Assembly: GCF_055900595.2 (NCBI RefSeq)
Contig: NZ_CM148325.1
Reading direction: 5' to 3' (one strand)
DNA length: 64,000 nt
The notes under the pieces were generated by a model. It saw nothing but the letters and a program-made list of their open reading frames with translations. It did no database searches and was not told the origin of the DNA. The stretch's first letter is position 1; each line of letters starts with the position of its first letter. Positions 21,871 through 33,301 of this stretch are shown here, piece after piece. The position numbers were made by a program, and so were the translations under genes.

Positions 21871-22533
21871 ATGAAAGACATAGATACACTCATCAGCAAC
21901 AATGCACTATGGTCAAAAATGCTGGTGGAAGAGGATCCCGGGTTTTTTGAGAAACTGGCGCAAGCGCAAAAACCGCGCTTTCTATGGATTGGATGTTCCG
22001 ACAGTCGCGTTCCTGCAGAACGTTTAACCGGTCTTGAGCCGGGCGAACTCTTTGTTCACCGTAATGTTGCTAACCTGGTCATTCACACCGACCTGAACTG
22101 CCTTTCCGTGGTTCAGTATGCAGTGGATGTTCTCGAAGTTGAACACATTATTATCTGTGGCCACTACGGTTGCGGCGGCGTACAGGCCGCAGTTGAAAAC
22201 CCGGAACTGGGGCTTATCAACAACTGGCTGCTGCACATTCGCGATATCTGGTTCAAACATAGCTCATTGCTTGGCGAAATGCCGCAAGAGCGCCGTCTGG
22301 ATACCTTGTGCGAACTGAACGTCATGGAGCAGGTATATAACCTGGGCCACTCCACCATTATGCAATCAGCGTGGAAACGCGGGCAGAAAGTCACCATTCA
22401 CGGCTGGGCCTACGGCATTCACGACGGTTTGCTGCGTGATCTGGATGTTACCGCCACCAACCGCGAAACCCTTGAACAACGTTACCGTCACGGGATTTCC
22501 AATCTCAAGCTGAAACACGCCAACCACAAATAA
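21871..22533 (+). CDS. can: Beta-class carbonic anhydrase 2
   Basis: 220 aa with zinc ligands in the CSDSR and HxxCGG motifs. Confidence 0.9.
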   Translation: MKDIDTLISNNALWSKMLVEEDPGFFEKLAQAQKPRFLWIGCSDSRVPAERLTGLEPGELFVHRNVANLVIHTDLNCLSVVQYAVDVLEVEHIIICGHYGCGGVQAAVENPELGLINNWLLHIRDIWFKHSSLLGEMPQERRLDTLCELNVMEQVYNLGHSTIMQSAWKRGQKVTIHGWAYGIHDGLLRDLDVTATNRETLEQRYRHGISNLKLKHANHK

Positions 22534-22573
22534 AAACACCATGCCGGATGCAACACATCCGGCACATCCGCAC

Positions 22574-23110
22574 TTACTCGTCCAGCAGCACTACTTTGCC
22601 GATGTACGGCAGATGGCGGTAACGCTGAGCGTAATCAATGCCGTAACCCACCACAAACTCATCCGGGATCGAGAAACCGATAAATTCTACCGGGACGTTC
22701 ACTTCACGACGGGACGGTTTATCCAGCAGCGTACAAATCGCCAGCGACTTCGGTTCGCGCAGGCTTAAGATTTCACGCACTTTCGACAGTGTATTACCCG
22801 AGTCGATGATATCTTCAACAATCAGCACGTCCTTGCCACGGATATCTTCATCCAGATCTTTGAGGATTTTCACATCGCGGGTGGTGGACATGCCGCTACC
22901 GTAGCTGGAGGCGGTCATAAAATCGACTTCATGAGATACCTGAACTTCACGGCACAGGTCCGCCATAAACATAAATGAGCCACGCAGCAGGCCTACCAGC
23001 ACCATATCGCTGCCGCTGTCTTTGTAACGCTCAGTAATCTGACGACCCAGTTCGGCGATACGCGCTTTAATCTCCGCTTCGGGGATCATTACTTCTACAG
23101 TATGTTTCAT
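22574..23110 (-). CDS. hpt: Hypoxanthine phosphoribosyltransferase
   Basis: 178 aa from [15 protein letters not shown]...; PRPP-binding motif [13 protein letters not shown]. The track ORF extends 13 codons further upstream. Confidence 0.9.
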   Translation of the reverse strand: MKHTVEVMIPEAEIKARIAELGRQITERYKDSGSDMVLVGLLRGSFMFMADLCREVQVSHEVDFMTASSYGSGMSTTRDVKILKDLDEDIRGKDVLIVEDIIDSGNTLSKVREILSLREPKSLAICTLLDKPSRREVNVPVEFIGFSIPDEFVVGYGIDYAQRYRHLPYIGKVVLLDE

Positions 23111-23315
23111 ATCTCTAACCATATGATTTAAAAACAAATCACTTCGCACGGGTGGATTTCAGCACCGCAACAAAGCGCAAGACACGCAGTATACCAGTAA
23201 AACTATTCATTGGCGGAATCTGTTAATAAAGCTCGAATTGTGATGACGATCACACATGTTAAAACCTATAATTAATTGCTACTAAAATATTAATTAATTG
23301 AAATGGTGTCTCTTT

Positions 23316-25706
23316 ATGGCAATTAACAATATCGGCTCGCGACGATTACTCGTCACGCTAACAGCCCTATTTGCAGCGCTTTGCGGGCTGTATCTTCTCA
23401 TTGGCGGAGGCTGGTTGGTCGCGATCGGCGGCTCCTGGTACTACCCTATCGCTGGCCTTGTGATGCTCGGCGTCGCCTGGATGCTGTGGCGCAGCAAACG
23501 CGCCGCACTTTGGCTTTACGCGGCATTGCTGCTTGGCACCATGATTTGGGGCGTCTGGGAAGTGGGTTTCGATTTCTGGGCGCTGACGCCGCGTAGCGAC
23601 ATTCTGGTCTTCTTTGGTATCTGGCTGATCCTGCCGTTTGTCTGGCGTCGCCTGGTCATTCCTGCCAGCGGCGCAGTTGCCGCGTTGGTGGTCGCGCTGT
23701 TGATTAGCGGTGGTATCCTCACCTGGGCCGGATTTAACGATCCACAGGAAATCAACGGCACCTTAAGCGCTGATGCTACACCTGCCGAAGCTATCTCCCC
23801 CGTTGCCGATCAAGACTGGCCTGCCTATGGTCGCAATCAGGAAGGTCAACGCTTTTCACCACTGAAACAAATTAACGCTGATAACGTCCACAAGCTGAAA
23901 GAAGCCTGGGTGTTCCGTACAGGCGATGTGAAACAGCCGAACGATCCGGGCGAAATCACCAATGAAGTGACGCCGATTAAAGTAGGCGACACGCTTTACC
24001 TGTGTACCGCTCACCAGCGTTTGTTTGCGCTCGATGCCGCCAGCGGCAAAGAGAAATGGCATTACGATCCTGAGCTGAAAACCAACGAGTCTTTCCAGCA
24101 TGTAACCTGCCGTGGTGTCTCTTATCATGAAGCCAAAGCAGAAACTGCTTCGCCGGAAGTGATGGCGGATTGCCCGCGTCGTATCATTCTCCCGGTCAAT
24201 GATGGCCGCCTGATTGCGATTAACGCTGAAAACGGCAAGCTGTGCGAAACCTTTGCCAATAAAGGCGTACTCAATCTGCAAAGCAATATGCCGGACACCA
24301 AACCGGGTCTGTATGAGCCGACTTCACCACCGATTATCACTGATAAAACCATCGTGATGGCGGGTTCCGTCACTGATAACTTCTCAACCCGCGAAACGTC
24401 TGGCGTGATCCGTGGTTTTGATGTCAATACCGGGGAGCTGTTGTGGGCCTTTGATCCAGGCGCGAAAGATCCGAGCGCGATCCCGTCTGACGAACACACC
24501 TTTACCTTTAACTCGCCAAACTCGTGGGCACCTGCGGCCTATGACGCGAAGCTGGATCTGGTGTATCTGCCGATGGGCGTTACCACGCCAGATATCTGGG
24601 GCGGTAACCGCACCCCAGAACAGGAACGTTATGCCAGCTCAATTCTGGCGCTGAATGCCACTACCGGGAAACTGGCGTGGAGCTATCAGACCGTTCACCA
24701 CGACCTGTGGGATATGGATCTTCCGGCACAGCCAACGCTGGCAGATATCACCGTTAATGGTCAAAAAGTTCCGGTTATTTACGCTCCAGCGAAAACCGGC
24801 AACATTTTTGTGCTTGATCGCCGCAATGGTGAACTGGTGGTTCCGGCCCCGGAAAAACCGGTGCCGCAAGGCGCAGCGAAAGGTGATTACGTTACCCCTA
24901 CTCAACCGTTTTCTGAACTGAGCTTCCGTCCGACGAAAGATTTAAGCGGTGCGGATATGTGGGGCGCCACCATGTTTGACCAACTGGTGTGCCGCGTAAT
25001 GTTCCACCAGATGCGTTATGAAGGTATTTTCACCCCGCCATCTGAACAGGGTACGCTGGTCTTCCCGGGTAACCTGGGGATGTTCGAATGGGGCGGGATT
25101 TCCGTTGATCCGAATCGTGAAGTGGCAATTGCCAACCCAATGGCACTGCCGTTTGTTTCGAAACTGATCCCACGCGGTCCTGGTAACCCGATGGAACAGC
25201 CGAAAGATGCCAAAGGCACGGGTACGGAATCCGGCATCCAGCCGCAGTACGGTGTACCGTATGGTGTCACGCTCAACCCGTTCCTCTCACCGTTTGGTCT
25301 GCCATGTAAACAACCAGCATGGGGCTATATCTCGGCATTGGATCTGAAAACCAATGAAGTGGTGTGGAAGAAACGTATTGGTACGCCACAGGACAGTATG
25401 CCATTCCCGATGCCCATTCCGGTGCCGTTCAATATGGGTATGCCGATGCTTGGCGGGCCAATCTCCACAGCGGGTAACGTGCTGTTTATTGCCGCTACGG
25501 CAGATAACTACCTGCGCGCTTACAACATGAGCAACGGTGAAAAACTGTGGCAGGGCCGTTTACCGGCGGGTGGTCAGGCAACACCGATGACCTATGAAGT
25601 GAATGGCAAGCAGTATGTGGTGATCTCCGCAGGCGGTCACGGTTCATTTGGTACGAAGATGGGCGACTATATTGTGGCTTATGCGTTGCCGGATGATGTG
25701 AATTAA
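23316..25706 (+). CDS. gcd: Membrane-bound PQQ-dependent glucose dehydrogenase
   Basis: 796 aa from MAINNIGSRR...; N-terminal transmembrane domain followed by a PQQ beta-propeller. The track ORF starts 6 codons upstream at a TTG. Confidence 0.9.
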   Translation: MAINNIGSRRLLVTLTALFAALCGLYLLIGGGWLVAIGGSWYYPIAGLVMLGVAWMLWRSKRAALWLYAALLLGTMIWGVWEVGFDFWALTPRSDILVFFGIWLILPFVWRRLVIPASGAVAALVVALLISGGILTWAGFNDPQEINGTLSADATPAEAISPVADQDWPAYGRNQEGQRFSPLKQINADNVHKLKEAWVFRTGDVKQPNDPGEITNEVTPIKVGDTLYLCTAHQRLFALDAASGKEKWHYDPELKTNESFQHVTCRGVSYHEAKAETASPEVMADCPRRIILPVNDGRLIAINAENGKLCETFANKGVLNLQSNMPDTKPGLYEPTSPPIITDKTIVMAGSVTDNFSTRETSGVIRGFDVNTGELLWAFDPGAKDPSAIPSDEHTFTFNSPNSWAPAAYDAKLDLVYLPMGVTTPDIWGGNRTPEQERYASSILALNATTGKLAWSYQTVHHDLWDMDLPAQPTLADITVNGQKVPVIYAPAKTGNIFVLDRRNGELVVPAPEKPVPQGAAKGDYVTPTQPFSELSFRPTKDLSGADMWGATMFDQLVCRVMFHQMRYEGIFTPPSEQGTLVFPGNLGMFEWGGISVDPNREVAIANPMALPFVSKLIPRGPGNPMEQPKDAKGTGTESGIQPQYGVPYGVTLNPFLSPFGLPCKQPAWGYISALDLKTNEVVWKKRIGTPQDSMPFPMPIPVPFNMGMPMLGGPISTAGNVLFIAATADNYLRAYNMSNGEKLWQGRLPAGGQATPMTYEVNGKQYVVISAGGHGSFGTKMGDYIVAYALPDDVN

Positions 25707-25742
25707 GACTTGCTCAGATTGCTGACAACGTGCGCGTTGTTC

Positions 25743-25843
25743 ATGCCGGATGCGGCGTGAACGCCTTATCCAGCCTACAAAATTGTGCAAAATCAATGTA
25801 TTGCACAGCCAGCGTAGGCCTGATAAGCGTAGCGCATCAGGCA
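25743..25843. repeat. BIME: two inverted REP palindromes between the convergent gcd and cueO genes
   Basis: ATGCCGGATGCGGCGTGAACGCCTTATCCAGCCTACA and, inverted, AGCGTAGGCCTGATAAGCGTAGCGCATCAGGCA, matching the REP consensus. Confidence 0.7.
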
Positions 25844-25907
25844 GTTTTGCGTTTGTCAGCAGAATAATGCCCGGAGAGATCCGGGCATATTTCCGAATAC
25901 GGTCTTT

Positions 25908-27458
25908 TTATACCGTAAACCCTAACATCATCCCCGTATCTTCATGCTCCAGCAGATGGCAGTGCGCCATATATGCATGTTCTTTCGGTGCGTCGTGATT
26001 AAACTTCACCAGGACTTCGCTGACATTACCTTCTACCTTAACAGTATCTTTCCAGCCTGCGCGATGCGTCGCTGGCGGTTTGCCATTTTCTGACAAGATA
26101 CGGAACTGCGTACCGTGGATATGGAACGGATGCAGCATCATGTCGCCCACGCCAGAGATAACCCAACGTTCGTACTGCCCTTTCGCCGCCGCAAACATCG
26201 GCTTGTTCATATCAAACGCCTGACCGTTGATTTTATTGGCATGGTGGAAATCGAACTTCCCGCCGTGGTTCATATGATTCATATTGCCGTGCCCCATATG
26301 GCCCATCATCTGGCTGTGATCCATCCCGGCCATCGCCTGATCGCCATATTTCTCCATCAGCATCTGCATACCCATCATATCGAGCATCGGGTCCATAGAG
26401 AGTTGCAGCTTGCGTACCGTCAGCCCTTCCAGCGAAGGTAATGCTGGCAGGCTACTTAACGCGTCAGGTAAGGCACCTGAAGCACTAATGGAAATCGGCT
26501 GGATCCGCATTACCGGATGCGGCTTGTCAAACGGTGCAATTGCCATTCCCATCTGGCTGACCGGTAGCGTCACCAGATCAAAGGGTTTGTTGTCGTTAAC
26601 CTCCACCAGCACTTCAAAACGCTCACCCATCAGCACCGGTAGCTCGCTCACCTTCACCGGTTCAGGTAGCAGACCACCGTCGCTGGCAATCACATACAGC
26701 GGGCGATTGTCACTGGTAGCGAAATTGAGCGAGCGGGCGTTACAGCCATTGAGCAAACGCAGGCGCAGCCAGCCGCGCGGGGCGGCGTGTTGCGGGTAGA
26801 TAGCACCATTGGTCAGCAGCGTATCGCCAAACCAACCCACGGCAGCGGTCATCACATCCAGTTGATAATCAATCTGGCCGTCAGCGTTAAATTTCTTATC
26901 CTGAACAATCACCGGGACATCATCAATACCCCACTGTTTTGGCAGCATTAATTTTAGAATCTCGTCATCTTCAATCACTACCAGCCCCGCCAGCCCCATC
27001 GCCACCTGTCGCCCGGTTTTGCCATGTTGATGCGGATGGAACCAGCAGGTAGCGGCAGGTTGATCAACGTTCAACGTCACCGTACGCTTGCCACCTGGCG
27101 GAATAATTCCCTGCGGGCCGCCGTCGACCTCACCCGGTACTTCCAGCCCGTGCCAGTGCAACGTCGTTTCTTCCGTCAGTTGGTTATAGATATCAACCGT
27201 TACCGCTTTGCCGCGCTGTAATTTCACCGCCGGCCCCAGCAGATTGCCGTTATAGCCCCAGGTAGTTGCCGTTTTCCCGCCAAAGGTGGACTGACCTGTG
27301 CCAACAGTTAACTGAATACGATTGCGGGCATCAGTCGTGAGCAAATCAGGGATCGGTAACGTTGGACGCTCCGCCGCAAATACTGCGCGGCTCCACAGCG
27401 GCAAGGCTGAAGCTACGCCCAGCGCAATGGAATATTTCAAGAAATCACGACGTTGCAT
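25908..27458 (-). CDS. cueO: Multicopper oxidase CueO (Tat-secreted cuprous oxidase)
   Basis: 516 aa from [10 protein letters not shown]... (twin-arginine signal); copper-binding HxH motifs; Met-rich insert ([14 protein letters not shown]...[14 protein letters not shown]). Confidence 0.9.
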   Translation of the reverse strand: MQRRDFLKYSIALGVASALPLWSRAVFAAERPTLPIPDLLTTDARNRIQLTVGTGQSTFGGKTATTWGYNGNLLGPAVKLQRGKAVTVDIYNQLTEETTLHWHGLEVPGEVDGGPQGIIPPGGKRTVTLNVDQPAATCWFHPHQHGKTGRQVAMGLAGLVVIEDDEILKLMLPKQWGIDDVPVIVQDKKFNADGQIDYQLDVMTAAVGWFGDTLLTNGAIYPQHAAPRGWLRLRLLNGCNARSLNFATSDNRPLYVIASDGGLLPEPVKVSELPVLMGERFEVLVEVNDNKPFDLVTLPVSQMGMAIAPFDKPHPVMRIQPISISASGALPDALSSLPALPSLEGLTVRKLQLSMDPMLDMMGMQMLMEKYGDQAMAGMDHSQMMGHMGHGNMNHMNHGGKFDFHHANKINGQAFDMNKPMFAAAKGQYERWVISGVGDMMLHPFHIHGTQFRILSENGKPPATHRAGWKDTVKVEGNVSEVLVKFNHDAPKEHAYMAHCHLLEHEDTGMMLGFTV

Positions 27459-27503
27459 AGTTATTTCCTTATTCTTAAGCAGGCGAAACAAAATCAAACG
27501 TTG

Positions 27504-27534
27504 AGCATAGTCCTTCCCCTTACGGGAAGGTCAA
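27504..27534 (-). promoter_or_regulatory. MerR-type promoter with a CueR operator: -35 TTGACC, 19-bp spacer containing the dyad CCTTCCC-N5-GGGAAGG, -10 TATGCT
   Basis: Read on the minus strand as TTGACCTTCCCGTAAGGGGAAGGACTATGCT, about 45 bp upstream of the cueO ATG. Confidence 0.6.
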
Positions 27535-27623
27535 GCCGCAGACACAATTTAATCAACAATAATGGTCGTCGCCTCGCTCGCAGTGTGCTAACGTTTATCT
27601 TCTTTAAGCCCCTGGTAGAAGCA

Positions 27624-27971
27624 ATGAAGACGTTTTTCAGAACAGTGTTATTCGGCAGCTTGATGGCCGTCTGCGCAAACAGTTACGCGCTCAGCGAGTC
27701 TGAAGCCGAAGATATGGCCGATTTAACGGCAGTTTTTGTCTTTCTGAAGAACGATTGTGGTTACCAGAACTTACCAAACGGGCAGATTCGTCGCGCACTG
27801 GTCTTTTTCGCCCAGCAAAACCAGTGGGATCTCAGCAACTACGATACCTTCGACATGAAAGCCCTCGGTGAAGACAGCTACCGCGATCTCAGCGGCATCG
27901 GCATTCCCGTCGCTAAAAAATGCAAAGCCCTGGCTCGCGATTCCTTAAGCCTGCTTGCCTACGTCAAATAA
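27624..27971 (+). CDS. yacC: Small secreted protein YacC (PulS/OutS pilotin-like family)
   Basis: 115 aa starting at the ATG at 27624 with signal peptide MKTFFRTVLFGSLMAVCANSYA. The upstream part of the track ORF has no coding character. Confidence 0.8.
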   Translation: MKTFFRTVLFGSLMAVCANSYALSESEAEDMADLTAVFVFLKNDCGYQNLPNGQIRRALVFFAQQNQWDLSNYDTFDMKALGEDSYRDLSGIGIPVAKKCKALARDSLSLLAYVK

Positions 27972-28076
27972 TCCCTGATACCTTTTTGTAGAAATATTGA
28001 CCGTGCATCCGCGGTCAATGTTAGCTATTATGTTGCGCCCTTTTTTTACGGGTGTTAACAAAGGAGGTATCAACCC

Positions 28077-28943
28077 ATGGCCGAAAAAAAACAGTGGCAT
28101 GAAACGCTACACGACCAGTTTGGGCAGTACTTTGCTGTAGATAACGTTCTGTATCATGAAAAGACCGATCACCAGGATCTGATCATTTTTGAGAACACTG
28201 CATTTGGTCGCGTAATGGCGCTGGATGGCGTAGTACAAACCACCGAGCGCGACGAGTTTATCTATCATGAGATGATGACCCACGTTCCGCTATTAGCCCA
28301 CGGTCACGCGAAACATGTGCTGATTATCGGCGGCGGCGACGGTGCCATGCTGCGTGAAGTGACCCGACATAAAAACGTTGAGTCAATCACGATGGTGGAA
28401 ATCGATGCGGGTGTCGTGTCGTTCTGCCGTCAGTATCTGCCCAACCATAACGCAGGCAGCTACGACGATCCGCGCTTTAAACTGGTGATCGACGATGGCA
28501 TCAATTTCGTTAATCAAACCAGCCAGACCTTTGATGTCATTATCTCCGACTGCACCGATCCTATCGGTCCCGGCGAAAGTCTCTTCACATCAGCATTTTA
28601 CGCAGGTTGTAAACGCTGCCTGAATCCTGGCGGTGTCTTCGTCGCACAGAACGGCGTCTGCTTTTTACAGCAGGAAGAAGCCATCGACAGCCACCGCAAA
28701 CTCAGCAATTATTTTAGCGATGTCGGCTTTTATCAGGCGGCAATCCCGACCTATTACGGCGGCATCATGACCTTTGCATGGGCGACAGATAACGACGCCT
28801 TACGCCATCTCTCAAGCGAAATTATTCAGGCGCGTTTTCTCGCTTCTGGCCTGAAATGCCGTTATTACAATCCGGCAGTCCATACGGCAGCTTTTGCCTT
28901 ACCTCAGTATCTGCAAGACGCACTGGCCTCACAGCCGTCCTAA
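28077..28943 (+). CDS. speE: Spermidine synthase
   Basis: 288 aa, [19 protein letters not shown]...; conserved GGGDG motif. Confidence 0.95.
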   Translation: MAEKKQWHETLHDQFGQYFAVDNVLYHEKTDHQDLIIFENTAFGRVMALDGVVQTTERDEFIYHEMMTHVPLLAHGHAKHVLIIGGGDGAMLREVTRHKNVESITMVEIDAGVVSFCRQYLPNHNAGSYDDPRFKLVIDDGINFVNQTSQTFDVIISDCTDPIGPGESLFTSAFYAGCKRCLNPGGVFVAQNGVCFLQQEEAIDSHRKLSNYFSDVGFYQAAIPTYYGGIMTFAWATDNDALRHLSSEIIQARFLASGLKCRYYNPAVHTAAFALPQYLQDALASQPS

Positions 28944-28958
28944 GGAGAAGATAAGAAA

Positions 28959-29753
28959 TTGAAAAAACTGAAACTGCATGGCTTTAATAATCTGACCAAA
29001 AGTCTGAGTTTTTGTATTTACGATATCTGCTATGCCAAAACTGCCGAAGAGCGCGACGGTTATATCGCTTATATCGATGAACTCTATAATGCCAACCGCC
29101 TGACCGAAATTCTGTCAGAAACCTGTTCCATTATCGGAGCCAATATTCTTAACATCGCCCGCCAGGATTACGAACCACAGGGTGCCAGCGTCACTATTCT
29201 GGTGAGTGAAGAACCGGTCGACCCGAAACTTATCGACAAAACAGAACACCCCGGCCCATTGCCAGAAACGGTCGTTGCCCATCTCGATAAAAGTCATATT
29301 TGCGTACATACCTATCCGGAAAGCCATCCTGAAGGCGGTTTATGTACCTTCCGCGCTGATATTGAAGTCTCAACCTGCGGCGTGATTTCTCCGTTGAAGG
29401 CGCTGAATTACCTGATCCACCAGCTTGAATCCGATATCGTGACCATTGATTATCGCGTGCGCGGTTTTACCCGCGACATTAACGGTATGAAGCACTTTAT
29501 CGACCATGAGATTAATTCGATTCAGAACTTTATGTCCGAGGATATGAAGGCGCTGTATGACATGGTGGATGTGAACGTCTATCAGGAAAATATCTTCCAT
29601 ACAAAAATGTTGCTTAAAGAGTTCGACCTTAAGCACTACATGTTCCACACTAAACCGGAAGATTTAACCGACAGCGAGCGCCAGGAAATTACCGCTGCGC
29701 TGTGGAAAGAAATGCGCGAGATTTATTACGGGCGCAATATGCCAGCTGTTTAA
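28959..29753 (+). CDS. speD: S-adenosylmethionine decarboxylase proenzyme
   Basis: 264 aa from a TTG start ([26 protein letters not shown]...), preceded by AAGGAGAAG. Confidence 0.9.
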   Translation: MKKLKLHGFNNLTKSLSFCIYDICYAKTAEERDGYIAYIDELYNANRLTEILSETCSIIGANILNIARQDYEPQGASVTILVSEEPVDPKLIDKTEHPGPLPETVVAHLDKSHICVHTYPESHPEGGLCTFRADIEVSTCGVISPLKALNYLIHQLESDIVTIDYRVRGFTRDINGMKHFIDHEINSIQNFMSEDMKALYDMVDVNVYQENIFHTKMLLKEFDLKHYMFHTKPEDLTDSERQEITAALWKEMREIYYGRNMPAV

Positions 29754-29758
29754 CGACT

Positions 29759-29784
29759 CAGGCGGAGCACAGAGGCTCCGCCTG
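29759..29784. terminator. Bidirectional hairpin terminator between convergent speD and yacL
   Basis: CAGGCGGAGC-ACAGAG-GCTCCGCCTG perfect 10-bp stem. Confidence 0.6.
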
Positions 29785-29790
29785 ATTAAT

Positions 29791-30153
29791 CTACTTCTGC
29801 TGCACAAAATCGCGATAAGCCGCTACTACCTGCAAGAAGTCCTCAACGCCGCACAGCGACAGGCTTTCCTCGTCGTAGTAGTTCATCCCCTCTTCCATTT
29901 CATCGCCAGCGAATTCCAGTTGATTGGCGCGAACCATCACCTCTTCGCCGTCCATCCACAGGGTGTATTCATGCCCTGCCCGTTGCCAGGAACGTTCGCT
30001 GCCTTTGAGCGTGCGCGCTGCGTCTTCCACTTCGTCAAGCAAGGCCAGGTTTTCTTTCACCTCTTCATTAAACCAGTGCCCGATGACTTCATGCCCCATG
30101 GACATGCGCACCTTTACCACTCCGGTTACATCACGCAGAAATTCGTAATCCAT
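29791..30153 (-). CDS. yacL: Small acidic protein YacL (UPF0231)
   Basis: 120 aa from [23 protein letters not shown]...; the track ORF starts 25 codons upstream. Confidence 0.85.
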   Translation of the reverse strand: MDYEFLRDVTGVVKVRMSMGHEVIGHWFNEEVKENLALLDEVEDAARTLKGSERSWQRAGHEYTLWMDGEEVMVRANQLEFAGDEMEEGMNYYDEESLSLCGVEDFLQVVAAYRDFVQQK

Positions 30154-30262
30154 AGTATGTTCCTCTGCTCCTGGCAATGCGCCAATACTGCATTGCACCT
30201 TAGGTTTAATTATCGCAGTACTATGCAAGAATAAAAGGTGGAAAAGGATAAGGAATAAAAAT

Positions 30263-30293
30263 AAACCCCCTTTCCTTGAGCAAAAAGGGGGTT
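30263..30293 (-). terminator. Hairpin terminator downstream of acnB
   Basis: AAACCCCCTTT...AAAAAGGGGGTTT inverted repeat, followed on the minus strand by a T-rich tract. Confidence 0.55.
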
Positions 30294-30349
30294 TAAAGAA
30301 GTGTTGCTTGTCAGGTATTCAGGATAACACCTGAGCTATTTTCAGGCTG

Positions 30350-32947
30350 TTACACCGCAGTCTGGAAAATCACCCCATCCGCTTTTTCGGTGTACTGAGA
30401 AAGCTGGTTGAAGTTCAGATAACGGTAAGTATCAACGGCTGTTTTATCTACCTGCGCCACGTAGGTCTGGTACTCTTCCGGTGTCGGCAGTTTGCCAATC
30501 AGCGCCGCAACAGCAGCCAGTTCAGCAGAAGCCAGGAAGACATTCGCGCCAGTACCCAGACGGTTCGGGAAGTTACGGGTAGAGGTGGAAACCACCGTCG
30601 CACCGTCTGCTACACGCGCCTGGTTACCCATACACAGGGAACAGCCAGGTATCTCGATACGCGCACCGCTCTTACCGAAGACGCTGTAGTAGCCTTCTTC
30701 GGTCAACTGCGCGGCGTCCATACGGGTTGGCGGTGCCACCCACAGGCGGGTCGGTAGCTGACCTTTATGCGCATCCAGCAGTTTACCGGCGGCACGGAAG
30801 TGACCGATGTTGGTCATGCAAGAACCGATAAACACTTCGTCGATTTTCTCGCCCTGTACCGCAGACAGCGGACGTGCGTCGTCCGGGTCGTTCGGTGCAC
30901 AGAGGATTGGCTCTTTGATATCCGCCAGATCGATGTCGATTACTGCTGCGTATTCTGCATCAGCATCGGCTTCCAGCAGCTCAGGATTCGCCAACCATTT
31001 TTCCATACCCTGAATACGACGTTCCAGGGTACGACGATCGCCATAACCTTCCGCGATCATCCACTTCAGCAGGACGATGTTAGAGTTCAGGTATTCGATG
31101 ATCGGTTCTTTGTTCAGCTTGATGGTACAACCGGCAGCAGAACGCTCGGCGGACGCATCGGTCAGCTCAAAGGCCTGCTCAACTTTCAGATCCGGCAGAC
31201 CTTCAATTTCCAGAATGCGACCAGAGAAGATGTTTTTCTTGCCTTTCTTCTCAACGGTCAGCAGACCTTGTTTGATCGCATACAGCGGAATGGCGTGTAC
31301 CAGATCGCGCAGGGTGATGCCCGGCTGCATTTTGCCTTTGAAGCGAACCAGAACGGATTCTGGCATATCCAGCGGCATTACGCCTGTTGCAGCTGCAAAT
31401 GCCACCAGACCAGAGCCCGCCGGGAAAGAGATACCGATCGGGAAACGGGTATGGGAGTCACCGCCAGTACCGACGGTATCCGGCAGCAGCATACGGTTCA
31501 GCCAGGAGTGAATTACGCCGTCACCCGGACGCAGCGACACACCGCCACGGTTCATGATGAAGTCCGGCAGCGTGTGGTGAGTGTTAACGTCAACTGGTTT
31601 CGGATAAGCCGCTGTGTGACAGAAAGACTGCATCACCAGGTCAGCCGAGAAGCCCAGGCACGCCAGGTCTTTCAGTTCATCACGGGTCATTGGACCGGTG
31701 GTGTCCTGAGAACCGACTGAGGTCATTTTCGGTTCGCAGTACGCGCCCGGACGAATGCCTTTCACGCCGCAGGCACGACCGACCATTTTCTGCGCCAGCG
31801 AGAAGCCGCGATCGCTCTCAGCGACATCTTTCGCCTGACGGAACACATCGCTGTGCGGCAGGCCGAGTGCTTCACGCGCTTTGGTGGTCAGGCCACGCCC
31901 GATAATCAGCGGAATACGGCCGCCAGCACGCACTTCATCAATCAGCACGTCGGTTTTCAGTTCGAAGGTCGCCAGCAGTTCGCCGGTTTCGTGGTTACGC
32001 ACTTCACCTTTGTACGGGTAAACGTCAATCACGTCGCCCATGTTCAGGTTAGAGACGTCGACTTCGATTGGCAGTGCGCCGGCGTCTTCCATTGTGTTAA
32101 AGAAGATTGGCGCAATTTTACCGCCGAGACACAAACCACCGCCGCGTTTGTTCGGTACATGAGGAATATCTTCACCCATAAACCACAGCACGGAGTTAGT
32201 CGCAGATTTACGCGAGGAACCGGTACCCACAACGTCACCCACATAGGCCAGCGGGAAACCTTTCTGTTGCAGAGCTTCGATTTGCTTGATCGGACCAACA
32301 ACACCCGGCTGGTCTGGCTCGATGCCTTCACGCGCGTTTTTCAGCATCGCCAACGCGTGCAGTGGGATATCCGGGCGTGACCACGCATCCGGTGCCGGAG
32401 AAAGGTCATCGGTGTTGGTTTCGCCAGTTACTTTGAAGACGGTAACGGTCAGTTTTTCAGCCAGCGCCGGGCGATTCAGGAACCATTCGGCATCTGCCCA
32501 GGACTGCATTACCTGCTTCGCATATTCGTTGCCTGCTTTGGCTTTCTCTTCTACGTCATAGAAGTTATCGAACATCAACAGCGTGTGGGACAGTGCTTTG
32601 GCAGCAATCGGTGCCAGTTTGGCATCGTCCAGCGCGTCGATCAGCGGATGAATGTTGTAACCACCCTGCATAGTGCCCAGCAGTTCGATAGCTTTTTCCG
32701 GAGTCAGCAGCGGGGATTTAGCTTCGCCTTTGGCGACAGCAGCCAGGAAGCCTGCTTTGACATAGGCGGCTTCATCGACGCCAGGGGGAACACGGTTGGT
32801 TAACAGATCTAACAGGAATTCTTCTTCGCCCGCGGGCGGGTTTTTCAGCAGCTCTACAAGTGCGGCCATTTGGTTTGCATCCAGGGGTTTGGGCGCAATC
32901 CCCTCAGCGGCACGCTCAGCTACGTGCTTACGGTATTCTTCTAGCAC
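30350..32947 (-). CDS. acnB: Aconitate hydratase B (bifunctional aconitase / 2-methylisocitrate dehydratase)
   Basis: 865 aa from a GTG start ([23 protein letters not shown]...); the track ORF extends 51 codons upstream. Confidence 0.95.
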   Translation of the reverse strand: MLEEYRKHVAERAAEGIAPKPLDANQMAALVELLKNPPAGEEEFLLDLLTNRVPPGVDEAAYVKAGFLAAVAKGEAKSPLLTPEKAIELLGTMQGGYNIHPLIDALDDAKLAPIAAKALSHTLLMFDNFYDVEEKAKAGNEYAKQVMQSWADAEWFLNRPALAEKLTVTVFKVTGETNTDDLSPAPDAWSRPDIPLHALAMLKNAREGIEPDQPGVVGPIKQIEALQQKGFPLAYVGDVVGTGSSRKSATNSVLWFMGEDIPHVPNKRGGGLCLGGKIAPIFFNTMEDAGALPIEVDVSNLNMGDVIDVYPYKGEVRNHETGELLATFELKTDVLIDEVRAGGRIPLIIGRGLTTKAREALGLPHSDVFRQAKDVAESDRGFSLAQKMVGRACGVKGIRPGAYCEPKMTSVGSQDTTGPMTRDELKDLACLGFSADLVMQSFCHTAAYPKPVDVNTHHTLPDFIMNRGGVSLRPGDGVIHSWLNRMLLPDTVGTGGDSHTRFPIGISFPAGSGLVAFAAATGVMPLDMPESVLVRFKGKMQPGITLRDLVHAIPLYAIKQGLLTVEKKGKKNIFSGRILEIEGLPDLKVEQAFELTDASAERSAAGCTIKLNKEPIIEYLNSNIVLLKWMIAEGYGDRRTLERRIQGMEKWLANPELLEADADAEYAAVIDIDLADIKEPILCAPNDPDDARPLSAVQGEKIDEVFIGSCMTNIGHFRAAGKLLDAHKGQLPTRLWVAPPTRMDAAQLTEEGYYSVFGKSGARIEIPGCSLCMGNQARVADGATVVSTSTRNFPNRLGTGANVFLASAELAAVAALIGKLPTPEEYQTYVAQVDKTAVDTYRYLNFNQLSQYTEKADGVIFQTAV

Positions 32948-33301
32948 GACGGTTCTCCTCGCTCTCATTGTCATAGTGCGGCAGGCGATTCTCTTCACGC
33001 TCCTGTGAGACAGCAGTTTGTAGGGTAAATGCCCAGTACCGCAACGGGCAGAATAGCAGGATTTTAGCGATGTGTTAATTCGTTTACAAAAAAGCAACAC
33101 AAAAAAGTGGCTGAATCGTTAAGGATAGTCTAGAGAATGTTACCAGTCTGAAACCACCTGTTAATTCGCACGATTATAATCACCCATCTCAACAAATCCC
33201 AATATTCGTCAAAATTTAAACTACAGCCTCTTTATACTTTCCCATTCAGCACCTGCGGGTGGCAGTTCGCCGACCATTACGATTTCCTTGAGATCAGGAT
33301 C

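Noticed and set aside
26115-26441. His-rich 108-aa plus-strand ORF
   Set aside because: It is the complement of the Met-rich segment of cueO (ATG read as CAT on the other strand); not an independent metal-binding gene.
30767-31720. 317-aa plus-strand ORF, and neighbouring plus-strand ORFs up to 33008
   Set aside because: Antisense to acnB; shadow ORFs.
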